Below, one piece after another: positions 19,244 through 29,115 of a DNA stretch of 63,001 nt (within the stretch, counting starts at the first letter, position 1; each line of letters begins with the position of its first letter). Where the stretch lies: positions 173,091 through 236,091 of IMG/VR virus record IMGVR_UViG_3300022697_000186; one strand, given 5' to 3'. This DNA is from a virus (lineage: Duplodnaviria > Heunggongvirae > Uroviricota > Caudoviricetes). The translations under genes and the position numbers were made by a program. The notes beneath the pieces are model-generated. The model saw only the letters and a list, made by a program, of their open reading frames with translations, searched no databases and was not told the origin of the DNA.

Positions 19244-20275
19244 TTATATATGTTCGTTAATTAAATTTTGGTCCATAGCTGACATTATGGGACAGGTCCA
19301 ATTACATCCTTTACAAAGTGTTTTCTTATCAGCTGCTAATGCTTGTTCAAAATTTAACTTAGAAATTTTATCTGTACCATCTGGATTGAATAAATCAAAC
19401 AATGTAAATTGTGTGGAAAATCTTCCACGTATCCTTAAACACAAGCGGCACGAGTCATCACTATCAATTGTTATATTATGTAAATTACCTTCCCCTAATT
19501 TACAATCCAATTCGGCAGGCATAATATCATAAATTCCATCTAGTAGAATTTTCTTCATATGTATTAAGTAATCACTTTGTTTTAATCTATCAAATAAATC
19601 TCTAACTTCTTGTGTTTTAGGAACTAATAATTTAGGATCTGTTACAGTACTGAAATCATAATAATTCGTCATAGCTATATCAATTACAGTTAGATCAGTA
19701 TAAATTCCTTCTTCAGATAATCGTTTAATTGATTCTTCTACTAAATGTATATTATCTTTACTAACAGTCATTTCAGCTACAGGATCAGTAATTAATCCTT
19801 TATCTTTAAGTTTCTTTAACATATCAAAACCATAATGAGATTTCTTTTGTTCATCATCTGGTTTATCAATATCTAAATAAAAACCAGGATCAACTGAAGC
19901 AGAAAAACCTTTAATAGTACCAACTTCTTTGAATAAGTTTTTATACAATTTATCCATTGTAGGATGACAATTTGTAATCATTGTATAATTAGCATTATTA
20001 GTTTTTAAATGTTTTAATATCATAGCTATATCTGGATGGAGCATACTTTCACCTCCATATACGATTATAAATATATTAGGATTATGTTTTAATAATCTAC
20101 TAATAACATCAACCCAAAAAGACCCTGGTTGTTCATTCTTGTAATAATAATCAGAAGTAGGATATTCTTTAGGCATAGTTACATAGTTAAGATCCCCACT
20201 TATACGGCACATGTCGCATTTGAGGTTACATCTTCTAGTTAAAAGTAAATTAGCTATTTGTATTTTATTATTCAT
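19244..20275 (-). CDS. Radical SAM protein with C-terminal Cys cluster (SPASM/twitch-like)
   Basis: CNLKCDMC (CxxxCxxC), YGGES, C-terminal CRLC and CKGCNWTC. Confidence 0.85.
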   Translation of the reverse strand: MNNKIQIANLLLTRRCNLKCDMCRISGDLNYVTMPKEYPTSDYYYKNEQPGSFWVDVISRLLKHNPNIFIIVYGGESMLHPDIAMILKHLKTNNANYTMITNCHPTMDKLYKNLFKEVGTIKGFSASVDPGFYLDIDKPDDEQKKSHYGFDMLKKLKDKGLITDPVAEMTVSKDNIHLVEESIKRLSEEGIYTDLTVIDIAMTNYYDFSTVTDPKLLVPKTQEVRDLFDRLKQSDYLIHMKKILLDGIYDIMPAELDCKLGEGNLHNITIDSDDSCRLCLRIRGRFSTQFTLFDLFNPDGTDKISKLNFEQALAADKKTLCKGCNWTCPIMSAMDQNLINEHI

Positions 20276-20293
20276 TTAATTCCTTTTTCTCCT

Positions 20294-20647
20294 TTAAGAT
20301 ATCTCTACTACCTGAATTTCAGGTAAATTATTAATCATATCTAATTCTTTTTTAGCTTTTTCTATATCAGTTTTATGTAATTCTTTCATACCATCTTTTA
20401 ATTCTTGAGTAAGTTCAGGATGATTAGAAGGTTTATATTTATCATTTATTGACCAAGTTAAATTATCAATAGTATCTTTTAAATCAACAACATCACCACT
20501 AAAATTACGTTTTTCTTTTAATTGAGCACCACCGAATTGGTTTAGTTTACCTATAGAATAATAGTTAGGAAATTCACCTCCGCCCACAACCACTAAAGCA
20601 TCTTGTGGATAATCTTTTAATTTAATTATTAATTCTTCTACTGTCAT
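20294..20647 (-). CDS. Hypothetical phage protein
   Basis: MTVEELIIKLKDYPQDALVVV, a common small-phage-protein start. Confidence 0.65.
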   Translation of the reverse strand: MTVEELIIKLKDYPQDALVVVGGGEFPNYYSIGKLNQFGGAQLKEKRNFSGDVVDLKDTIDNLTWSINDKYKPSNHPELTQELKDGMKELHKTDIEKAKKELDMINNLPEIQVVEIS

Positions 20648-20666
20648 TTTAATTTCCTTTAATATT

Positions 20667-20903
20667 TTATAGTATCTTATTAGGTACTAATTTACATTCT
20701 ATTATATCATAATTTTTAGGTAATTTTTTAGAACCACGTCTAACGTATTTAGCTTTAGACATTGATATTTTAGCACCGCCTTTAGTAGGCCAATTATCTC
20801 TACCTGAAGTAGATTTCCACCAATCTTTTTTATCCTTATCCCATACTCTATATACTATAGAATTACCATGTGCTACACCTTTTGCGAAATCTTCTAATTT
20901 CAT
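20667..20903 (-). CDS. Hypothetical protein
   Basis: 78-aa ORF, TAATG-coupled. Confidence 0.6.
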   Translation of the reverse strand: MKLEDFAKGVAHGNSIVYRVWDKDKKDWWKSTSGRDNWPTKGGAKISMSKAKYVRRGSKKLPKNYDIIECKLVPNKIL

Positions 20904-22348
20904 TAAAAATATGCCTCCGCTTTATTTTTCATTTTATTAAAATCTTCATCTAACTGGTGTGAATACAATAATGTAAAAAATGTAATTACATCATGCTCTA
21001 AATTTAGGTAAGTTATTTTACTAAGAGTTTCACCATTTATTGTAGAAACCAAGTTTTTCTTACTTGCAGATAATACACCACAAATAGAAGACATAATATC
21101 AAATTTTAATCTCTTTGATGAGAACCCAAATAAAGGTGTCTTATCATTTATTATAAATTCTAAATTCCTAACTTTATAAGAACTTCTAGTTGTAAGAAAT
21201 GAAGTATCTTCAGGACAAGTGATTAAGAATTCGGATATAATAGGAAATTTAGTGTCTAAAGTTCCTTTAGCTAAATGGTTCATAAATATACCAATTAACA
21301 ATGCATGTTTTGGTGGACAAGTAAGAAGAAATTTATATGGTATTTCTAAAACTTTGGAAGCTATAGGAAGTATCACTAATTTCATAACTGGAAATAACAT
21401 GTCAACTGAATCAAGTCTTGTCCTAACATCTTCAAATTGATCTTCATTTAAATTATACTCATGTTCTAATATTGTCATTCCAGCCTTAGCTGCTTTACCT
21501 ATTACATCATTGCAACAATGAACATAAAATGATTCTTTAGACAAACTAGAACCATAAATATCATCACTTCCACCGAATGCCTCTCCATATAATACTTTAT
21601 CTTTGTATACTGTAGTCATCATCCAACGTACACTATCATCTATAAGTGATACTAAAAATGGTACAGGATTTCTATCTACATTTAATGACGTAATCATATT
21701 GTTCATCAGAAAGTTAAAAATTGTCATTACATAACTTTCTGGAGTTTCTAATACCATAACTTTAATTAAATCCCACATATATCTATCAGTAATACTTGAT
21801 CTATATACACGTGATCTAACAAGTTGAAATATTTTATCTGTAGTCTCTAAATCTTTACATGGACTAACTAGTTTATCATAAACTTTTCTATGTACATTAT
21901 CTGTTAATTTTAATTTATCATCATAACAAAAAATAGCATATATCTTTAAAGCAGTTGATGAAATTGCTATTGCTTTAATATCTTTGTCTGTAAATATTAT
22001 AGAAGTTTTACTTGATTTTGCAACATTGTAAAATTTACTAAAATCAATACCTTTTGTAACTAAATAATCTTCACAATAATGTAGAAGATCTTCTGCATGG
22101 TTTAATATTAATTCACTATTATATGAACTCTCTATGTAAGAGTTTAATAACTCTAAAAACCAATCCTCAAAATCTGGAACTTCTACACACATATCTGCTA
22201 ATAAATCTTGAACCACTTGAAATTTATTAGTAATTGAAGATGCACGCAAGTTCAACTCAATTATATTATTTTTAAAAGTTCCTTTCTCATCAGTTTCAAT
22301 GAGATTAAAATTTCTTTTGTCTTTAACGTTTTCTTGAAGATGTAGCAT
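20903..22348 (-). CDS. Large hypothetical protein
   Basis: 481-aa ORF with no motif I recognise. Confidence 0.75.
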   Translation of the reverse strand: MLHLQENVKDKRNFNLIETDEKGTFKNNIIELNLRASSITNKFQVVQDLLADMCVEVPDFEDWFLELLNSYIESSYNSELILNHAEDLLHYCEDYLVTKGIDFSKFYNVAKSSKTSIIFTDKDIKAIAISSTALKIYAIFCYDDKLKLTDNVHRKVYDKLVSPCKDLETTDKIFQLVRSRVYRSSITDRYMWDLIKVMVLETPESYVMTIFNFLMNNMITSLNVDRNPVPFLVSLIDDSVRWMMTTVYKDKVLYGEAFGGSDDIYGSSLSKESFYVHCCNDVIGKAAKAGMTILEHEYNLNEDQFEDVRTRLDSVDMLFPVMKLVILPIASKVLEIPYKFLLTCPPKHALLIGIFMNHLAKGTLDTKFPIISEFLITCPEDTSFLTTRSSYKVRNLEFIINDKTPLFGFSSKRLKFDIMSSICGVLSASKKNLVSTINGETLSKITYLNLEHDVITFFTLLYSHQLDEDFNKMKNKAEAYF

Positions 22349-22633
22349 TTAGCCCCTTTCATCTAGCATGTTATATAATTCAGTTTTTAAATCATCCGAA
22401 ATACTTTCATCTACTTCTATTAATGTTCGGATATTATTATAAGCATTAATAGGATTCTCTGAAATTTCATCCATAGTTTTAGGTAATTTTAGAATGTCAT
22501 TATATAAATTAAAGAGTCTGTCATTAATTGACTCAATTTTGCACTCATCACACCACCTAAGTTTAGATATTGCTGGTAATAAAATAATTAATTCATCGAT
22601 ATAATCAGCGATCTCAAAACCATCATTAAACAA
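22349..22633 (-). CDS. Hypothetical protein
   Basis: 94-aa ORF, TTG start with AGGAG upstream. Confidence 0.65.
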   Translation of the reverse strand: MFNDGFEIADYIDELIILLPAISKLRWCDECKIESINDRLFNLYNDILKLPKTMDEISENPINAYNNIRTLIEVDESISDDLKTELYNMLDERG

Positions 22634-22691
22634 TATGTCTCCTTTATATTATAACTTATTTCGTAGAAAATTAGCAAATATGTGTATGTTC

Positions 22692-22708
22692 AATATTTAA
22701 TATATATA
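22692..22708 (-). promoter_or_regulatory. Candidate phage promoter, class A
   Basis: 17-bp identity with 3934-3950. Confidence 0.5.
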
Positions 22709-22711
22709 ATC

Positions 22712-23002
22712 TTACTTCATAGTTTTTCTTGCTTGAGATAGAGCTTTTTTTCCATATTTTTGCATAATTTTACTCTTAAATTTTAACATTAACGTCCTAT
22801 GTTTTTGATACATTTTATATGAACCATCATTTCTATCTTTAGCTATTTTCATAGCCATACTACCTGCAAATCTTTGTCTTTTAGTTTTCTTAGTAACTTT
22901 AACCATACTAGATCCAATTTCTTCTAAACTATTTTCTTTTAGTTTTTCTATAAATTTAACTACAGGATGGTCTTCATCTATTTTAAATTTATTATTATTC
23001 AT
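22712..23002 (-). CDS. Small basic protein, possibly virion-internal
   Basis: Acidic N-terminus (LKE, LEE) followed by a very K/R-rich body. Confidence 0.6.
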   Translation of the reverse strand: MNNNKFKIDEDHPVVKFIEKLKENSLEEIGSSMVKVTKKTKRQRFAGSMAMKIAKDRNDGSYKMYQKHRTLMLKFKSKIMQKYGKKALSQARKTMK

Positions 23003-23006
23003 TTTA

Positions 23007-23534
23007 TTATCCTCTCTTTAATGTTGATTTTCTTCGTACTGATCTTAATCCCATTAGAACATCACTCATATCCATAAATTCACCTGGGCAACTTTTCTCT
23101 TCATCAGATATACCAGAATGAAAAACTATATCTTTTTCATCTAATAAAAATAATCTCATTAATGGGTTTAATAGTCTATATCCTAATACTTTAAATATAC
23201 GTTTAGGTGGTATATCATTATCATAATTTCCAACTAATGCTATATGAACAGATTTTTGATTTTCTAAACTTATATCAGGAAAATCACTAATAGTTAACAT
23301 TGGTTGATTTACTATAATTTGGTAATCATTACCAACTCTATCCACTATAAAATGATAACCGGATTCTTTTTTATATAATCTATAGTATGTGTTTTGAAAT
23401 ACATTAGTTTGAAAAGTTGGTTTATCAAATTGTAATGATGGTATACCTGGTAATTTACATGAAGTATGATGTAACACTATTTTATTAGGCCACCTATCAC
23501 TATTTTTTACATTAGTTGCTCGTAAAGGTATCAT
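23007..23534 (-). CDS. N-acetylmuramoyl-L-alanine amidase (Amidase_2-like)
   Basis: KIVLHHT, GYHFIV, HIALVGNY, FHS..SCPG zinc-ligand pattern. Confidence 0.8.
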   Translation of the reverse strand: MIPLRATNVKNSDRWPNKIVLHHTSCKLPGIPSLQFDKPTFQTNVFQNTYYRLYKKESGYHFIVDRVGNDYQIIVNQPMLTISDFPDISLENQKSVHIALVGNYDNDIPPKRIFKVLGYRLLNPLMRLFLLDEKDIVFHSGISDEEKSCPGEFMDMSDVLMGLRSVRRKSTLKRG

Positions 23535-23546
23535 TATATTCTCCCA

Positions 23547-24374
23547 TTATAGAAATCCAGGTAACACATCATTAATATTTAACGGTATACCAGAGGCGTC
23601 AATTGCTTCACCTGCTACATTTGTTTTATGTAATAAATCCTCAGTACATTTATTTATGTCATCTTTTGCGCCATCCAATGCACTTTTCATAGAATTCATT
23701 TCATCTTTTACTGCTTGTGAAGCAGTAGACAGTAATCCATTTGGACCTTCTCCTAATCTATCTTTAGCTGCATCAATACGTGATTTATATGCAGAATAAT
23801 CATCAGGACAAAGGTCTTTTAAACAGATTATTAAATCATCTAAATCTAGGGTTTGATCTGGTATACCTAAATCAAACTTATCATTATCAAATTTAAGTTG
23901 ATCCAAATTAATAGGCCACGTAGGTAAATCTCCTAATCCTGGTATATCTGGTACATTTATATTAGTTACTGAATCACTCATTTTAATTGTTATATCTAAC
24001 TGTAAACCTTTTAATAATGATCCTGGGTCAGGAAAACTTTTCTTTAACCAAGGACATTTATCTTGAGCAACAGCAGATGATTCTTTACTTGCTTCATCCG
24101 TACAATCAGGTGTATTTTCTGCTGCTTTAGATTTAATTGCATCTAATGCTGAAATTAATGAATTTGCTGGACCTGACGCAGCAGTACTAACTGCTATTTT
24201 AATTGCATCACCAGCTATTCCTAATTGATTAGCTGCATCTTCGAATGCTTTAATTTTTCCATCTAAAACACTTTTTAATAAACTACATACACCAGTATCT
24301 ATTAATAGACTACTTGGTGTTGGTAATGATGGTGGTATTGGTGGAACCCCGGGTATGCTAATTGGTAATCCCAT
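23547..24374 (-). CDS. Hypothetical, probably baseplate-associated protein
   Basis: Pro-rich N-terminus; directly downstream of the gp5-like gene. Confidence 0.55.
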   Translation of the reverse strand: MGLPISIPGVPPIPPSLPTPSSLLIDTGVCSLLKSVLDGKIKAFEDAANQLGIAGDAIKIAVSTAASGPANSLISALDAIKSKAAENTPDCTDEASKESSAVAQDKCPWLKKSFPDPGSLLKGLQLDITIKMSDSVTNINVPDIPGLGDLPTWPINLDQLKFDNDKFDLGIPDQTLDLDDLIICLKDLCPDDYSAYKSRIDAAKDRLGEGPNGLLSTASQAVKDEMNSMKSALDGAKDDINKCTEDLLHKTNVAGEAIDASGIPLNINDVLPGFL

Positions 24375-24385
24375 TTTTTCTCCTT

Positions 24386-25465
24386 TTAAGTATCTCTTTC
24401 TCCAACAGGACTAGCACCAGTTGCTGCAACTGCTTCACCTGCTTCACTAGCAGCACCAGCACTTCCTGCTCCACCTGCATGTGATATACTTGTAGCACCA
24501 TCTGAAATAGCTCCACCTGCTGAATGATTAATATTAGCAGCAGCTTCCGAATTTACATTAGCTCCTGCTTTTAAATTTACATTAGCTCCACTTTGGCTAT
24601 TAACGTTTCCGCCAGCCTTAATTCCTATATCTGCAGTTGATGATATTTTAACTTCACCTGCTGCCTTAACGTTTATCTCTTGTATTGCTTGCTGATTTAA
24701 TTTAGCTGCTGCTTTTGTATTGGTATCTTTTATTGATAATGTATTAAAGTTTTCTCCTGCTTTAATATTAAAATCTTTAGATGCTTCAAAAAACACATTA
24801 CCAGCAGATTTAATATGAATATCATTTTTAAATTCTATATGCAATTCTTGTTCATCAATATCAAAATGTATATAATCACCTTTATGTGATCTCATCAATA
24901 TTTTTTCTTTACCATCTCGTTCATCTAATAATATAGTTGTTTGATTATCATCAATTGTATATACTGAATTAGAATCACCCTCAGCCGTGGATACCGCTTC
25001 TGTCCGCTTCTTACCTGTAATCTCTACCCTTTGTACATCATCTGAATCAGAAACTACTATTGTTCTTCCAGATTGAGTTTTAATAACTGTATATACTTTA
25101 TGAGGTTCAGTTACATCTCTATTCTCAGGTGGAAGCTTCGAGTTTTGAATATTGATAGCATTCATATAAAATGGTTTTCCGCAGTTACCGCCCTCATAAA
25201 AAATCCACACCCAAGAATCTTTAAGTGGAACATAAACAGTTCCTGCTACATAACTACCACTACCTTCAACATTTCTTCCACCAATTGCATTATTAGCAGG
25301 ATACGCAATCAATCCATATCCTTCTTCTTCGTTATAATTAGGGTCCAAATCTGTCATTGTATCTGGGCAGAATATTCTAATGGCACCGTAATCATTATTA
25401 TCAATATCTACTTCTGTAACACGGGCTCGATAAAAACCTAAAAGTTTTCTTGAAGAAATTGGCAT
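24386..25465 (-). CDS. Baseplate hub/spike protein, T4 gp5/VgrG-like (OB fold + beta-helix, no lysozyme domain)
   Basis: GFYRARV, YGAIRIFCP, YVPLKDSWVWIFYEGG..P, IKTQSGRTI and 8-residue beta-helix repeats. Confidence 0.85.
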   Translation of the reverse strand: MPISSRKLLGFYRARVTEVDIDNNDYGAIRIFCPDTMTDLDPNYNEEEGYGLIAYPANNAIGGRNVEGSGSYVAGTVYVPLKDSWVWIFYEGGNCGKPFYMNAINIQNSKLPPENRDVTEPHKVYTVIKTQSGRTIVVSDSDDVQRVEITGKKRTEAVSTAEGDSNSVYTIDDNQTTILLDERDGKEKILMRSHKGDYIHFDIDEQELHIEFKNDIHIKSAGNVFFEASKDFNIKAGENFNTLSIKDTNTKAAAKLNQQAIQEINVKAAGEVKISSTADIGIKAGGNVNSQSGANVNLKAGANVNSEAAANINHSAGGAISDGATSISHAGGAGSAGAASEAGEAVAATGASPVGERDT

Positions 25466-25479
25466 TATTAAATCCTTAT

Positions 25480-27399
25480 TTAGTATGCATATTTATAGTT
25501 ACCACAGTCCCAAATCCTATCGAATCCATTTAACTGCATATTCTGCCATTCAGTAAGATTTGGATCAAACACTTCTAATAGTTTGTCCAGTTTATGTTTC
25601 TGATATTTCATACGGGATTCCTTATTTACATAATCTTTAGTATAAAAATATGATGAATTAGTTAACTCTTTATATTTAAATCCACTACTTAAATATCCAG
25701 CACCTTCACCATATCTTGCATCAGCATATGTAATAATTGAACTATTTGGGTTTAATTTCTTAAAATACTTTAGTAATTTAGATAATCCACCAGTAATAGA
25801 ATAATTTAACTTATTACAGAATCTAAGTATCTCAAAGTCATAATTCTTATTGAATCTTGATTTACCCATTGTGATTAAAGAAACTAATTCAGATTCAAAA
25901 TAAAGACCTAAATGAATTCCATTAATTTCAGATTGTAAATGATTATCAAATAAAAACTGTTTAGCTTCTTTGTTAGAAACTTCTTTAATTTTACATTTAC
26001 GTGCAAAAATCTTATTAGGTGATTTACCCATTTTGTTTAAAAGAATACTCTTTATAATATCTTGTTTCTCAATCCACTCGTCCTCAAATATCTGTATCAA
26101 ATGAATACCTTTTTGTTTTGCAAGTAAAGTTTTCTCTTGATGATATTTAGAATCTTTATTACCACCTATTTCACTGTGCCAGTAAAGTCCATTGTATTCA
26201 ATACCTAATTTTAACTCTTCAATATAGATATCTATTTCTTTACCTTCTAAAATTTCTCTATTTGATTTAGATTCTGTATAGTATTGTCTTATGAAAGATA
26301 AGACTTCTTGTTCCCCTTGTGATTTATTATATAATATAGGATAACATTTTAAACATCTTGGTATTTTACCATTATCTAAATTATCTTCAAATTCAGTATT
26401 ACATTTGTTACATTTCCAACTATATTTATCTTCTATACCTTTATAGTCATTAAATTCAAATAAAGGAGTAACTAGATCTTTTAATCTGTCTGAATTTAAT
26501 AAATTATTAAAATACTTTGATCTTTTTTTTAATTTTGATCTACTTATAATTTTTTCAGATTGCATAGGATATTCTACATTATAATTTTTTAAACAAGTAT
26601 CTTTTTTCTTTTGTTTTATTTCTTTGATTTGTGAAATATTTTCTACACCATATTTCTCTATTATTGTTTGTTTAGATTTTTCTTTAAATTCTTCTACTTG
26701 AAATGGGTTTTCTACACCATATCTATCTAAATTAGTTTTTTTTATTTTTTCTTGAACTTCTTTTATTTTAGATGGATGTTCTACACCGTATCTATCTAAA
26801 CAAGTTTGTTTTGTCTTTTGTCTAAATTCTTTAGTTTTAGATGGATGTTCTACACCATATTTCTCAATACAAGTTTGTTTATTTTTTTCTGTATTCCTAT
26901 AATTTAAATTACCATATCTATCTAAACAAGTCTTTTTAGATTTTTCTTTAAACTCTTTTGTCTTCGAATAACTTTCTACACCATATTTTTCTAAGCAAGT
27001 CTGTTTAGATTTTTCTCTCACAACTTTAGATTTCATAGGGTTATTTATACCATATCTTTCTAAGCATGTCTTCTTAAATTTATCCTGTATAGTTTTTGAA
27101 TTTCTAGAACATTTACAAGAACAATATTTTGAATAACCTAAATTAAAATTTAAAAATGATACTTTATTATCACATTCTTTACATATTGGTATATGCTTTA
27201 AATCATTATAAATTATATAAGTAATTTCACCTAAGTTATTAATTTTTACATTTAACATATCTTCAATTTTTTTACTTAATATATTCTTATAAAAAACACC
27301 TGATTTTGTTTTTAAAGATCTTAAAGATGAATAATAACCTCTAGTTCCAACTTTATTACCACTTAATTTTTCAGTTTCTTTTAAAAGAATTAAAGACAT
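25480..27399 (-). CDS. Repeat-array endonuclease paralog (8 repeats)
   Basis: Same conserved C-terminal module. Confidence 0.85.
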   Translation of the reverse strand: MSLILLKETEKLSGNKVGTRGYYSSLRSLKTKSGVFYKNILSKKIEDMLNVKINNLGEITYIIYNDLKHIPICKECDNKVSFLNFNLGYSKYCSCKCSRNSKTIQDKFKKTCLERYGINNPMKSKVVREKSKQTCLEKYGVESYSKTKEFKEKSKKTCLDRYGNLNYRNTEKNKQTCIEKYGVEHPSKTKEFRQKTKQTCLDRYGVEHPSKIKEVQEKIKKTNLDRYGVENPFQVEEFKEKSKQTIIEKYGVENISQIKEIKQKKKDTCLKNYNVEYPMQSEKIISRSKLKKRSKYFNNLLNSDRLKDLVTPLFEFNDYKGIEDKYSWKCNKCNTEFEDNLDNGKIPRCLKCYPILYNKSQGEQEVLSFIRQYYTESKSNREILEGKEIDIYIEELKLGIEYNGLYWHSEIGGNKDSKYHQEKTLLAKQKGIHLIQIFEDEWIEKQDIIKSILLNKMGKSPNKIFARKCKIKEVSNKEAKQFLFDNHLQSEINGIHLGLYFESELVSLITMGKSRFNKNYDFEILRFCNKLNYSITGGLSKLLKYFKKLNPNSSIITYADARYGEGAGYLSSGFKYKELTNSSYFYTKDYVNKESRMKYQKHKLDKLLEVFDPNLTEWQNMQLNGFDRIWDCGNYKYAY

Positions 27400-27400
27400 C

Positions 27401-27724
27401 TTATTTCCTAATTAAAGTAAATCCCTTATTAATTAACTTACCCTTTTTCATAGCATCCTCTGGTAAGTCTACATATAACCCGCCTTTTTTACTTTGTCCT
27501 AAAACTTTTAGAACTTTGCTAAACTGTTGGATGTTAGTAACTTTAGTTGATGTAGTTGGTTTGTTTTTATCATTTAAAATTAGAACTTTATCTCCTATTT
27601 TAAATTCTCCACTTTCTACAAAACCTAAAGCTATAACTTTACTAAATTCTTTAGACCAGAATAACTTTTCAATTTTGAACTTTGATTCAATTGCTTCTTC
27701 TAAATACTTTTCTGATATATACAT
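27401..27724 (-). CDS. Stand-alone EF-Tu domain II-like beta-barrel protein with YISEKY leader
   Basis: FKIEKLF..VIALGFVESGEFKIGDKVLI..TKVTNIQQFSKVL..GGLYV aligns by eye with EF-Tu IEDVF..VVTGRVERGIIKVGEEVEI..TGVEMFRKLL..VGVLL. Confidence 0.6.
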   Translation of the reverse strand: MYISEKYLEEAIESKFKIEKLFWSKEFSKVIALGFVESGEFKIGDKVLILNDKNKPTTSTKVTNIQQFSKVLKVLGQSKKGGLYVDLPEDAMKKGKLINKGFTLIRK

Positions 27725-28249
27725 TTATATTCTCTCCATCACATATAATCCATTATTATTTTCAAATACTTCTTTTGTTTTCCACTCTTTATTATCTTTA
27801 AGAAATTCTTTTATAGCTTGCATTAAACCAGGTTTTTGTCTATTTTCACCTTGTTCTCCAAAGGTAACAGTATCATGACAAATAATATATTTACTTACAC
27901 TATTTGAATGTTTTTTTAGTTCTTGACTTAATTGTTTATAAGTATGTAAAGTATCAATAAATAATAATTCTGTAGGTTGTATATTTATTTGCAGGGTATT
28001 TGCTTGTGTTAGAATAAATCTAGTCGTACCTTCTAATGCTTTATATTTTTTATAATCAAATTTTTTAATATCAACATCATATGATAAAAGAGTCTTTGGT
28101 TGAGCAGATAAGAATGCAGATGTAGATACACCAGTTCTAACACCAAATTCAGTTACATGGTTACACATAGATGCATATTTCCTAAGTGTAGGTAAATGCT
28201 CATTGATATCTGATTTAGTCTCACAAAGAATTTGATAAAGATTATCCAA
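27725..28249 (-). CDS. Class I SAM-dependent methyltransferase (Methyltransf_24-like)
   Basis: VTEFGVRTGVST, LLFIDTLHTY, IICHD. Confidence 0.85.
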   Translation of the reverse strand: MDNLYQILCETKSDINEHLPTLRKYASMCNHVTEFGVRTGVSTSAFLSAQPKTLLSYDVDIKKFDYKKYKALEGTTRFILTQANTLQINIQPTELLFIDTLHTYKQLSQELKKHSNSVSKYIICHDTVTFGEQGENRQKPGLMQAIKEFLKDNKEWKTKEVFENNNGLYVMERI

Positions 28250-28529
28250 AATTAACCCTTTCTATAGGAAAATATATAAATTTTAAAATAACAAGACAAC
28301 ATAAAAAGTTAAATATAATATTAAACATAACTGGTAGATCCCATCCTAATTGCATAGGAATATAAATTAAATACGAAGACTCTCCTATAAACCATAACCA
28401 TACAAATAAAGAAGAAACACCTTTACTATGTCCTTGTTTATATGATTTAAATGCTTGTGGTATACCGCATATAGCCAAACAAAATGAACCCAACCATCCT
28501 ACAGTTTTAATTAAAGTGATTTCCACCAT
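28242..28529 (-). CDS. PQ-loop / SemiSWEET-like membrane transporter
   Basis: Three hydrophobic helices; GIPQAFKSYK..SKGVS. Confidence 0.8.
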   Translation of the reverse strand: MVEITLIKTVGWLGSFCLAICGIPQAFKSYKQGHSKGVSSLFVWLWFIGESSYLIYIPMQLGWDLPVMFNIIFNFLCCLVILKFIYFPIERVNFG

Positions 28530-29095
28530 ATACTACCACCACCTTTTGATGCTTGCCAACCTTTAACATATTTGTTTAAAGCATTTATAATTGGTTTGTG
28601 GAAACGGTCATGTCCACCAAACATTCCGCCTGGTTTAACAAACTGTTGATAATTTTTAACATCTTCATCCACTTTCGGAAACTCATGCGCTGCATCTATG
28701 AAAACAAAATCTGCTTTCACTTTTTTCTCTTTTAATATCTTCCAAGCTTCTCTTGAATCAGCCTTTATTATTTCAATAATACCTGACTTAATTTGTTGAG
28801 ACATATTGTTTTTAAATTCATTAAATACAGAATCACTACCTTTTTTATTTACTTCCTTTGTGGTTTCTTCTGCTGGTGCATCACCCATCCATGTATCTAT
28901 TACATACATCTTAACATTAGAGTGTGCAAGTACTGTGGTACTTCTACCTTTCCATGAACCAACTTCAACAATAGTTTTACACTGACTACCTATATCTGCT
29001 AACCATTTTAATTCATAATCTTTCATAAAACCATGTAATGTTAAAGATCTATCATATCTGGTTTTATCAACTGAACCAAGTCCTTGTTTAATCAT
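28511..29095 (-). CDS. Class I SAM-dependent methyltransferase (Methyltransf_24-like)
   Basis: VEVGSWKGRST, IDTW, FVFIDAAH, KPGGMFGGHD. Confidence 0.9.
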   Translation of the reverse strand: MIKQGLGSVDKTRYDRSLTLHGFMKDYELKWLADIGSQCKTIVEVGSWKGRSTTVLAHSNVKMYVIDTWMGDAPAEETTKEVNKKGSDSVFNEFKNNMSQQIKSGIIEIIKADSREAWKILKEKKVKADFVFIDAAHEFPKVDEDVKNYQQFVKPGGMFGGHDRFHKPIINALNKYVKGWQASKGGGSIWWKSL

Positions 29096-29115
29096 TTTGT
29101 ATAACTAACTTCAAC

